A DNA stretch of 64,000 nt from Macrostomum hystrix (taxonomy: Eukaryota; Animalia; Platyhelminthes), in NCBI GenBank assembly GCA_950097015.1, contig CATNEN010000038.1:29574001-29638000 (forward strand), written 5' to 3'. Under the pieces are notes generated by a model. The model saw only the letters and a list, made by a program, of their open reading frames with translations. It searched no databases and was not told the origin of the DNA. The stretch's first letter is position 1. Every line of letters begins with the position of its first letter. The translations under genes and the position numbers were made by a program. Shown piece after piece: positions 24,330 to 35,700 of the stretch.

Positions 24330-24900
24330 CTGTCACTTTGACACCCCTGTCACATTGACACCACTAGTCAATTAAAAACTTTGTCACCCTCTTCAACCTT
24401 GTGATATCATGTCACTTTGACACCCATGTCACTTTGACACCCATGTCACTTTGACACCCATGTCACTTTGACTTCCATGTCACTTTGACTTCCATGTCAC
24501 TTTGACTTCCATGTCACTTTGACACCCATATCACGTTGACACCCATGTCACTTTGACTTCCATGTCACTTTGACACCCGTGTCACTTTGACACCCATGTC
24601 ACTTTGACTTCCATGTCACTTTGACACCCATATCACTTTGACACCCATGTCACTTTGACACCCATGTCACTTTGACACCCATGTCACTTTGACTTCCATG
24701 TCACTTTGACACCCATGTCACTTTGACACCCATGTCACTTTGACACCCATGTCACTATGACTTCCATATCACTTTGACATCCATGTCATTTTGACACTCA
24801 ATGCCACCCATTTCACTTTGACACCCAATGCCACTTCGATACCCATGTCACTTTGTTACAGATGTCATTTTGACACCTTCTGCCACTTTGACAAGCGTAC
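24330..24900 (+). repeat. ~18-bp minisatellite in the BMAL1 3' UTR
   Basis: CATGTCACTTTGACACC-type units, each with an internal TGTCA/TGACA inverted pair. Confidence 0.93.
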
Positions 24901-25519
24901 AACTTTGAAATCGCCGGTCAACTTTGACATTTAGTTTGTTAGGTGCGTGTTGGCATTATTTTAATTGCTTCAGTTTGGCCGCGGCAAATGTTGTTAAACT
25001 CGATTAAGAACAAATTCATTGAATCTATCTAATTTGATCCAATTCAATAGCGTATTTACTGAATTATTGGCATTCTTCTCACTGTCCTTGTAGATATTCG
25101 TTTTTCATTTGAGTCAAGCAACCCACTAATGAAGAACTGTCGAATCTGTTTTTTATCTGTCGAATAAACAAAATACTAGACTGACTAAACAAGTGTGAGT
25201 TCATTTAAAATGCTGCTTAAAAAACTAATAGAATAAGTTATTTCTATTTACGAGTATGTACCTATACTTTCATTTAGTAATATTTGTTTGTGTGTTACAG
25301 TTATCTGCATAGCTCTTATCATGTATGTACAGTAATTCAAATAAGTGCGCTTAACTTATATAGGAATATTGTTTAACAGAGAAAAATTCAAACACATAAA
25401 AGGCTTGAAAAAAAATTATTTTTTGTCTGCTACCGATGCAATAAATTAATGCGTGAGTTCGTTCTCCTGTTATCTTATTTATTGCTAGGTTTAAAAAGGA
25501 CTAGATATAACTAGATAGA

Positions 25520-26045
25520 CTAGAGATAGAATGGGATGAGACTGGATAGAATGGGTGAGACTATAGATAGAATGGGGAGAGACAGGATAGAATGGTGAGA
25601 CTGGATAGAATGGGCTGGGACTGAATAGAATGGAGTGAGACTGGATAGAATGGGGTGAGACTGGATAGAATGGGTGAGACTGGATAGAATGGGTGAGACT
25701 GGATAGAATGGGGTGAGACTGAATAGAATGGGATGAGACTGGATAGAATAGGGTGAGACTGGATATAATGGGTAAGACTGGATAGAATGGGGTGAGACTG
25801 GATAGAATGGTGAGACTAGATAGAATGGGTGAGACTAGATAGAATGGGGTGAGACTGGATAGAATGGGGTGAGACTAGATAGAATGGGTGAGACTAGATA
25901 GAATTGGTGAGACTAGATAGAATGGGGTGAGACTGGATAGAATGGGATGAGACTGGATAGAATAGGGTGAGACTAGATATCATGGGTGAGACTAGATATA
26001 ATGGGTGAGACTAGATATAATGGGTGAGACCGGATGGAATTGGTG
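25520..26045 (-). repeat. Inverted copy of the 21600-22595 minisatellite
   Basis: GGGTGAGACTGGATAGAATG is the exact reverse complement of CATTCTATCCAGTCTCACCC. Confidence 0.95.
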
Positions 26046-26699
26046 AGTTTGAATAGAATGAATTGAACTGAATTAAGTTAAGTTCAGTTGATTGCATGTA
26101 CTTTCTCAGATAAATACCTGCTGGCTGATGCTTTATAGGAGACCAATTATTTAGGAAATTGGCTTGCAACAACATGTTTACCCGGGTTGGCCGTGCATGA
26201 CTTGTCTCATTGTCTATATTAAAGTAATATATTGGGCCAGCTCTGCCACAAAATAGCATTGCTTTGTGCTATATTGGCTCCATAACAATGGCTGCTTTGT
26301 GTTGATGTTTAGCTTCACATATTAGTTAAAAGAATATCTGCTTGATTTATTTTTAGCTTTAACAATTTGCCTCTGTAAATAAATTTTTTTGTTCTCCTTC
26401 ATGCTCTCCTTCAGTCCTGGGCAGGCGGCGGTAACCAGGTGACTTTTCGATGTGCATGATCTTGATGTGCGGATAGTGGCAGCATTTTATGGCGCCAACG
26501 AAATCCACAGCGGCATTGCTTAGACAATTCGGAAGCCTTGCGTTGGGTCCAGAGTCTGCAATTGAAAATCAAATATATTAGCTGTGTTGGGAATTGGTTT
26601 ATTGGTATGCGTTGATCCGTTATTTAGCGTTACAAGCTATTATATTATTATTATTATTAATTATCAATAAACTAGCTAGTCGTCATCGATGTTACCGTC

Positions 26700-27399
26700 G
26701 ATTGCTGTTATGGAGCTGCCCCAGGCGTCGGCGCAGCTACCGAGGATGAACATCGACTCTTTGCCTTGAATGTCCAGCATTAGATCGGCATCGGGCTCCA
26801 GCCTGCAGGAGCAGACTGCCAGATTTGTCATGTCCAGTCAGGATGCTCAGGTGCAAGGCTGTGAATCCGTTGGAGCCGCGCACTTTCGGATTGGCTCTTG
26901 CATCGAGCAGTTTTTTTTTAAAGATTTGGCCTCTTAAATACGGCTGAAATAATTAGCGGTGTTACGTTGAAAACTTCCGGTCTCAATCGGCCATAGCTTC
27001 GATGAGCAAACCAAGGCTCGCCTCCACGCCATCGATGACTGCGATGGGTAGCGGCGTCATGTCGAAGTGTCCGCGGACGTCAACATCTGCACCAGCCTGT
27101 ATCAGCAGCCTGACGACATCCTCATCTCTGATCTCGATGGCTGTGTGCAACTGTGCGTAGCCGCTCTGTGTGATGACTTGCAAGTTGGCTCCGGTAGCGA
27201 TCAGCAGGGCCGCAATGCCTACCTGACCATTATTGAAGGCGTCTTTGTTTCCATGACTACATGAACAGTACAGCGCGCCGCGTCCACGTTCATTTGTGTC
27301 GTCGAGACAGGCGCCAAATCGAAGCAGTTGTCCCATGGACTCAAATGTTTTGTTTTTAGCTTCACTTGCTAGGCTCGTTAAAGAAAAATGTTTGTCCAT
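26700..27399 (-). pseudogene. Ankyrin-repeat pseudogene fragment
   Basis: LHTAIEIRDEDVVRLLIQAGADVDVRGHFDMTPL; further broken ankyrin repeats downstream (GFTALHL at ~26850) with frameshifts. Confidence 0.7.
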
Positions 27400-27846
27400 T
27401 CAAATGGAAGGCAGGTTTTCTAAACGGAATATTCTGTGATTTTATCGATGCTAGCTATACATACTTACAAAGTCAGCTAGCGCAGAACTTATATGAATTG
27501 GTAGATTAGTAGAATTAGTAGATACCTACATATGCTGATATGCCTAAAATTAATAATTACTTTGATTCTTTATAATGACACTGGGGCTTATTTTAGCCAA
27601 TCCCAATTCTAACAACCTTTTGATATGCGTATAAGCTGTTCCTCACGTCTCTTACGTTCTCAGAAGTGTGTTAAAAAAATAATTAACTCCTAATAAAGTC
27701 TTAAAATAGCAAAATTTTTAACTGAAGGGTTCTAGACTGTCTATGGGTCATAATAGTTTCAAGATCTGAAAACCTGATTGATTTTCAACATCAAAAGTGC
27801 AATCGGAGGCTTTTCGTCTATCCATCTAGAGAACTGACATTTTGTT

Positions 27847-30800
27847 ATGCACGCTGTTAAAAGACTTGCTTGGCAACGGCTGCAGCAGCAGCAGCGAAGT
27901 CAACAAAAGCCTGCCGACGATAAAACAGATACAGACTTTGATCAGCAACTTGAGATAGCTAAGATTGAAATCCAGACACAGTTCGAGACTCTGGCCGCGC
28001 GCGACAAAATCTTTAGCTCTTTATTCAGCCTTCGGTTGGATCAGAAACCGTTGGGTATCGGGTCCTTCGGCATGGTGCTGATGGCTGAGGCTGCAGTGGA
28101 CATTACCGCCGGCGAACTTGCGAGGACTCGGGTAAGGCCACCGCGCTCCTCTCTACTCCAGTGTCCGTTGTAAATACAAAAAAGAAATTAATCTAAGTTA
28201 TTATTTAGTGCAGTACGTAGTAAACTAAAAGTTGACACAAGAAACTTTATTTTAGACTGCGGCTGCGGCGGCTGCCACCCCGCCTCTTCCGGTGTCTTGC
28301 ACTTTAACAAAATGGCGCCAAAGTTCTGAAAAAATGTCCAACAATGTTGCTGCCGATGCCAATAACTCCATTGTGCTCAGGCGTGGCGACCTCGTTGCCG
28401 TCAAGTTCGAATTCAATGTTGACAGGCGTCGGCAAAGATACCAACTAGCTGGCGAGTTCTGCCTCCTAACCGAATTGTTCAACTGCTACGGGCCGGCTCT
28501 CGAGGGCTTCCCTGAGCCGTTTCTGTTTGGCTCACTGGATGCTGGCTGTGGAGCGCTCAGTTGCTTCACTGAAGGCGGCTTGGTACACCGCTGTCATCAC
28601 TACCTGGTTATGGAGCTGCTTGGAGAGAACCTGAGAACCAGATTTGATCGTGAGTGTTGAAGACATTTTTTAAAGTTGTTTATTTCATAATAAACTCATT
28701 GGTTAGCGAACCAGTAACTGAGAACATACTGACAGGTAAAAAGCGTTATAACTTTAGTTAAATTCAAATCCCTATCCCCATCCCTATGTTCACATCAAAC
28801 TGTCTCGAATCCCAATCAAACTGTCTCGAATCCCAATCAAACTGTCTCAAATCCCTATCCCCATCCCTATGTTCACATCAAACTGTCTCGAATCCCAATC
28901 AAACTGTCTCGAATCCCAATCAAACTGTCTCGAATCCCAATCAAACTGTCTCGAATCCCAATCAAACTGTCTCAAATCCCTATCCCCATCCCTATGTTCA
29001 CATCAAACTGTCTCGAATCCCAATCAAACTGTCTCGAATCCCAATCAAACTGTCTCGAATCCCAATCAAACTGTCTCAAATCCCTATCCCCATCCCTATG
29101 TTCACATCAAACTGTCTCGAATCCCAATCAAACTGTCTCAAACCCCAATCAAACTGTCTCAAATCCATATCAAACTGTCTCAAATCCCTATCAAACTGTC
29201 TCAAATCCCTATCAAACTGTCTCAAACCCCAATCAAACTGTCTCGAATCCCAATCAAACTGTCTCAAACCCCAATCAAACTGTCTCAAATCCATATCAAA
29301 CTGTCTCAAATCCCTATCAAACTGTCTCAAATCCCTATCAAACTGTCTCAAATCCCTATCAAACTGTCTCAAATCCCTATCAAACTGTCTCAAATCCCTA
29401 TCAAACTGTCTCAAATCCCTATCAAACTGTCTCAAATCCCTATCAAACTGTCTCAAATCCCTATCAAACTGTCTCAAATCCCAATCAAACTGTCTCAAAT
29501 CCCTATCAAACTGTCTCAAATCCCAATCAAACTGTCTCAAATCCCTATCAAACTGTCTCAAATCCCAATCAAACTGTCTCAAATCCCAATCAAACTGTCT
29601 CAAATCCCTATCCCCATCCCTATGTTCACATCAAACTGTCTCGAATCCCAATCAAACTGTCTCGAATCCCAATCAAACTGTCTCAAATCCCTATCCCCAT
29701 CCCTATGTTCACATCAAACTGTCTCGAATCCCAATCAAACTGTCTCAAATCCCAATCAAACTGTCTCAAATCCCTATCAAACTGTCTCAAATCCCTATCA
29801 AACTGTCTCAAACCCCTATCAAACTGTCTCAAATCCCTATTAAACTGTCTCAAATCCCAATCAAACTGTCTCAAATCTCTATCCCCATCCCTATGTTCAC
29901 ATCAAACTGTCTCAAATCCCTATTAAACTATCTCGAATCCCAATCAAACTGGCTCAAATCCCTATTAAACTTACTCAAATCCCTATTAAACTGTCTCGAA
30001 TCCCAATCAAACTGGCTCAAATCCCTATCAAACTGTCTCAAATCCCAATCAAACTGTCTCAAATCCCTATTAAACTGTCTCAAATCCTTAATTCATATTG
30101 AGTTGCCTGGGCATCTGAACTATTATTGACTCGACTTGCTTTCATTACCTTGCTAATACTGTACTTTTACTAGAGAGCACGAAAAATTTGTCTGAACTTT
30201 TGCAGTCCTGCCTCAAACTCCATCAGCCTGCAACCATGACTGTGGCACGGCGTTTCCAGTTCCGTTCACATTTGACGTTGCTAGGCAACTACTGACGCGG
30301 CTTATGCTGCTACACGCGGAACCAATCTGTGCCACTCACAATGATCTCAAACTGGACCAGCTCATGTTGGGTCGGGGTGCCAAGAGTCACATCGTTTATC
30401 TGGTGGACTACGGCTTGGCGGCGAAGTACAATCAGAAGATTAAATCACGATGGGGCAATCGAAGGTTAGCTGTTCGATTCGTTTCATTTTTCATGCACTT
30501 CGAACGTTTTCAAATATCCTCTTCTTCATTCTGTCAAAAAAGGTACGCGTCTCGGTTCAGCCATCGCGGCGTGAATTCACCTCTAACCGACCTCGAGTCC
30601 GCAGCCTACATTGTGGCAAGATTTCTGCGCAATATTTTCCCCTGGGACGGCATGCCCGGCTCCGATAGTGAAAGCCGTCGGCGTGGCATGGCCCGGATCA
30701 AGACCAAGCTCTGGATGTTCATCGAACAGATGCGCAGAGGACGCTGTCTTCAACAGAGCAGCGCATCCAGCGCCGAATGGCCTAGACGATTCTTCGCCGA

Positions 30801-30963
30801 GCGGACCAACACCGCTGGCCAAGGCGGGCCGCAGCTGCTAAAGTACATGAGCCGGCTCTGTGAGTATACAAAAAGTTGCCTTAATTTGGCGGAGAATATC
30901 GACTATAACTATTTGTTTAACTGCTTTGTGCTGCCCGGCGATGACATCGATGAGGTCTCTTGA
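27847..30963 (+). CDS. Divergent casein kinase 1/TTBK-family kinase; exons 27847-28131, 28256-28649, 30206-30464, 30543-30963
   Basis: LGIGSFGMV, VAVKFE, YLVMELLGENL, HNDLKLDQ, YLVDYGLA, GNRRYAS, DLES, FPW; GT-AG introns in phase. Confidence 0.82.
28767..30090 (+). repeat. 21-bp minisatellite with periodic 20-bp insert, filling kinase intron 2
   Basis: ATCAAACTGTCTCAAATCCCT units interrupted by ATCCCCATCCCTATGTTCAC. Confidence 0.97.
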
Positions 30964-31149
30964 CTGGTAGAAAAGAGATGACAAAAATGAAAAAGCTTGT
31001 GTATTTTATGTATTTTAAATGTATACTTTCTATGTACGTCTGCGCGCTGTAAACATTCTGGCAGAATTTTTGCAGGAATTAAATCGATTGTATAAAATGC
31101 AAATCACTTTCTGTATCTTGCAATTACACTATCTTTTGTCTTTTTATAT

Positions 31150-31760
31150 AATCGAATTCGCGCCTTTTGTTCTTCGATATATATCGTTGGTTTAGTTTCA
31201 GGGCTGAATTAGTATTTGTCCGATTTAAATCACCTCGATCTTCCGCGATGTATCTGAGGTCCACCAACTTGCTGGTCCGAAAACAGCTTCGAGACAACCT
31301 TCGGAAATCTCGCCAACTGCAAACTCAAATGCAGGGCTTTGCGGCGGTCACAGACGGACAGTAGTCTATGGCTTGCCAGATAATTTTAGGATTCGTCTCA
31401 TTGCTGAATTTGATAAGTTCATTAGCCGTGCGATCGTGGGTATGTTGGTGCTAGACGTAATTAACTAGTCCATCAGACTTTGTAGAAGCTTAAGAAAAAC
31501 AACGAAATTAAGATTGTTAGCTACGACAAAGGCCATGGTGTTGCCATCATGGATAGCTCTGACTACTTTATAGGCAAACTTGACGAAATTTTGCAGGACA
31601 AACTCAAATTTGATTGCACATTCGCACATTGCATTTTACAGTTTTCATTTCTTAAATATATATATAACTTGGTTCTGTGTGTTTAATTGATGTGTCTGCC
31701 CTGAAGATGACCGATTGTGGTCTAAATTAATGCATTGGCAAAATTACAAGAAAATTTAAA
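31150..31760 (+). mobile_element. Penelope-like element fragment with a degenerate hammerhead
   Basis: NEIKIVSYDKGHGVAIMDSSDY..KLDEILQDKLKF (31490-31610) matches the PLE pre-RT DKG motif; CTGAAGA core at 31701. Confidence 0.72.
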
Positions 31761-32283
31761 TGTTGATTCTGAGTTTTCTCTATTTAATTGAATTATAGGT
31801 TTGTTGCACGAGCCAATTAAAATTTCAATGCAAGAAGAGTTTTATTTTGAGTTAACATTTACATGTCAATAATCCCGAACGGTTTAAATGTACGTATATA
31901 ATGTAAGCTCGAACTTTTAAACGTAATTCGATCCAGCAATTAATTTGAAACAAATTTGATGAATATAAATCCGCGCCCTGTCGTGTGAATTTCGTCAAAA
32001 TGATGGATACCCCCACTGAGTGCTGACAACTTGTGATCAAACTGATATCTTTATATCATAATATTTAATTATACCTTTCATTGCTACTGGTCACGTTAAA
32101 ACTTTACTAAACCCCCATAATTTGAATTTTTTGTTATGCTATGTATTAATTGTTATACAGTGCTTATCTATGTGACGCACATTTATTGCCACATTATATG
32201 TTACAATATGTAGCGCATTCTGCACCTTTATGCATTTGTGCTCTTTGTTAAAATATACTCTATTGGAATGCACGTTATTTAGT

Positions 32284-32404
32284 CAAGGACCACTAGAAGA
32301 AGATAGTATTATTACTAAAGCTAGAATAACTTTTGTTATTAATACTAATAATACTAATAATTAGTAAGATAGTATTATTACTAATCTTCTTCTAGTGGTC
32401 CTTG
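32284..32404. mobile_element. 121-bp MITE (hAT- or P-like)
   Basis: 21-bp TIR CAAGGACCACTAGAAGAAGAT; 8-bp TSD TATTTAGT on both sides. Confidence 0.88.
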
Positions 32405-32770
32405 TATTTAGTATTGTCCAGCAGAATAAAATTTGTTCAATAATTGCACCATTGAGAACAGTTAACGTTTTGGCTTTATGACGAGCAACAAAATATCGTT
32501 AATGTTATCGCGTATACAGTCGCACGAGTACAATATCGTACATTGAAGTCATTTTCAGAGCGCGTGAACTATTTAGCTTCTGCTTCGCGATATCATCATT
32601 GTGATAAAAAAATTAAATTAACGAAAAGAAATCGTTAGCGTTTCATAACTCAAACTCATCTATTTATCGAAGTCACCCTTAAGGCTTGAGCTTGAGCTAA
32701 GTCTAATTTTAATACTTAGTAGACTTAAATCTAGTTACTAGTGTATACTAAAGCTAGTTTTTCATATTAT

Positions 32771-35700
32771 ATGCTTAAAATGTATTTCGGACACATTTTC
32801 ATAATATTAGCAGTTTGCCAGTCTACATTTGCGTTTTATCTTCCTGGTCTGGCGCCTATAACTTACTGCAACCAAACTTCTAAGCAGTCACCATCTTGCC
32901 AGGTAAGATGTCTGCTGTAGCTGGGTTTTAGTTTTGCTTATTGTGTCTTTGTTAATGTACTTCTATAATTTCTAATTTAAACTTTCATGGCATCAGAGAT
33001 AACTTGCCAAGTTCACAAAATATTTATATATGTATTTATCATTTCAGTAAAATAGTAAATAAAAGTGATATTAATTTTGCTGATGGCGATACTACTTTTT
33101 TGTCTTAGGAAATTCAAAAATACTTTCAGAAGTTTAAATGAAGCAGATTTTTTAGCTACAGCCAAACTGGCTTCTAGCTATAAATGGCAAAAATGATACT
33201 GCAGTTGGCCTTAGAATAAAGACAAACATTGATTGAACATGGCTTTGGTCAGGTCAGGTTGGGACAGCCAAATTTAGTGTTGGTTTCAAAGTTTTAAAAC
33301 ATTGTATTTTATTTCAGACACAACTGCCATTGTATGTGAACCGGCTGGATTCAGCTCAGTCTATTCTATCCTATGAATATGACAAGTGAGTTAACTATTT
33401 ATTATTATTATGCATTGGGTTTATTGTGGCTTTTCTTTTTTATGTATGTTATTTTCAGGTAGCTAGGCTCCATGCTTTGTAAATAGCAATTTCAGGAATG
33501 TTATTGGCACTTACTAGTGACTTCTGACCACACACAATACTAGTATGCAGGAAAAATACTCAAGGTATGTATATATATTTGCCTTGACTTTGTCAGCAAT
33601 GAACCTCCAAGCTTTTTCTTGGCAGTTGTGCCTCAAATTAATGAGGCTTCACTACAGAATTCAACTCAGGGACCTTGCCATGAGTCAAACATGTTAGACT
33701 GCTCCGCTACCAACCACCCTCTTCACTATAATTGGATTTCATGTTTAGCTATATTTCCAAGAATGATAAATTGAGGGTCCTAATTGTTATTTGAAAACAA
33801 TAGTTCAGTAATTATTTAAATAGTTATTTTATTCATTTTATTCCTTTTAATATCCTTTGCATCACACAGGTTCGACTTCTGTCCAGCGCCATCAGACGAG
33901 GCCAGTCCAGTTGAGAATCTTGGCCAGGTTCTGTTTGGCGAACGAATTCGCCCCTCGCCTTACGCCCTAAAATTCTTAGAAAACAAAGTCTGCTCTCGAA
34001 TGTGCTCAAAGACCTACAAACCAGGCGATGCGGCCTCGATGGCAAAGTTGGATTTCCTGAAAAATGGCATCATATTAAACTATCAGCATAATTGGATTGT
34101 GGACAATTTGCCTGTAACTTGGTGCGTTTCTGCCAGTGACGCAAAAGGCCAGGTAAGCTGTGCATATTATTCGCTGGTGGCTAATAATGATGATTGATAA
34201 TAATATTAGCACAGACAGAATTTAGAATGAGCCCTTGCAGTATCTTTTAGAATTGGCTTAACCATAATAAAAATAATAATATTTGCAGGAGGGCTGTGGG
34301 GATTGACACACCATTTGGTCTTGTTTATATTAGACTAGGCAATTCTGCCCATTTCGCTGACCATGAGCACAAAGTACACACCTGCCCTGAATTTCTCATT
34401 GTCAGGCAGTGTACACTCTCATGTGCCTTGGAGGTTGGCCCTCAAGGGTGTAAATTGCACGACAAGCCCCCAAGCCTTCTCTCGGCGGCTGCGCCCCAAA
34501 TGAATGTGGCCTCTGGAATCGAGCTCAGAAAGTTTGGTGGGAGAGGCAAAAGCGTTTAGACTGCTCTGCTACTCAACCCCTAACCTGCTCTTATGAAATA
34601 CAGGTGTGCATGCCAAGCTTCCCAATCGGTTGCTATGTGATGCCAAACGGTGACGCCTGCTCATTTGCTGGCTCCGATGCGAGAATGAGTTCGCCAAATA
34701 CCGCCTACTTGTTCAACCACGTGAACCTGACTGTGACCTATCACGGCAGCTCTGGGTCTAGCTGGGGTGCCAGTCTAGAAAATGCCGGCAGAATTATCTC
34801 GGTGCGGGTTGATCTGCTGAGTCTCAAACACGCCGTTGCTAAGGACGCAACCGGAGCCGGCAGGATCGACTGCTCAATTGGCCAGGAGCCACTGGCTATT
34901 CCTGTTGATAAAGCGATTGACAAGGAGCTTACGGTGAGTGTCTAACACGTCCGGATTGGTGTCTAACACATCCGGATTGGTGTCTAACACGTCCGGATTG
35001 GTGTAACACATCAGTATCTCTGTCTAACACCCGCAGATCACTTACTCGTATGCTGTCAGTTTCAATCGCGATGACAGAATACGGTGGAGCTCCCGCTGGG
35101 ACTACATCCTGCAGTCGATGCCGCAGTCCAGCATTCAATGGTTCACCCTAGTTAATTCGTTGGTCATTGTTCTATTCTTAACTGGCATGGTGGCTATGAT
35201 TCTACTGCGCACCCTGCACAAGGACATTGCCCGCTATAATAACGGCGCCGCAGCCACCCAGCAACAGCTCGAGGATGCCGCCGAGGAATTCGGCTGGAAA
35301 CTTGTCCACGCTGACGTGTTCCGCTCGCCCTCCTGTCCTTTGCTGCTCTGCGTTCTGGCCGGTAGTGGGGCCCAGGTTAGTCTACTTCTCAAGCATCCCC
35401 AGTCTACTTCTCACCCATCCACAGTCTACTTCTCACCCATCCACAGTCTACTTCTCACCCATCCACAGTCTAACTTTTACTCAATGTTTGCCTCTCTCAA
35501 ATGCCAGGTGGCCTGCATGTCGGTGATTACTTTGGCCTTCGCGTGCCTCGGCTTCCTTAGTCCGGCGAATCGCGGCGCTTTCATGACCTGCGCCGTTGTT
35601 TTGTACGCCCTGTTGGGCTCGCCAGCCGGCTATGTGGCTGCCCGCTTGTATAAAAAATTCCAAGGCTCTGCTTGGAAAACACAGGTAAGGTTTGTGTGTT

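Noticed and set aside
28786-30129. Long repetitive ORFs (also 20464-21120, 35630-36302, 37671-39611, 40155-40914, 63447-63911)
   Set aside because: Stop-free minisatellite translations, mostly inside introns bounded by good splice sites.
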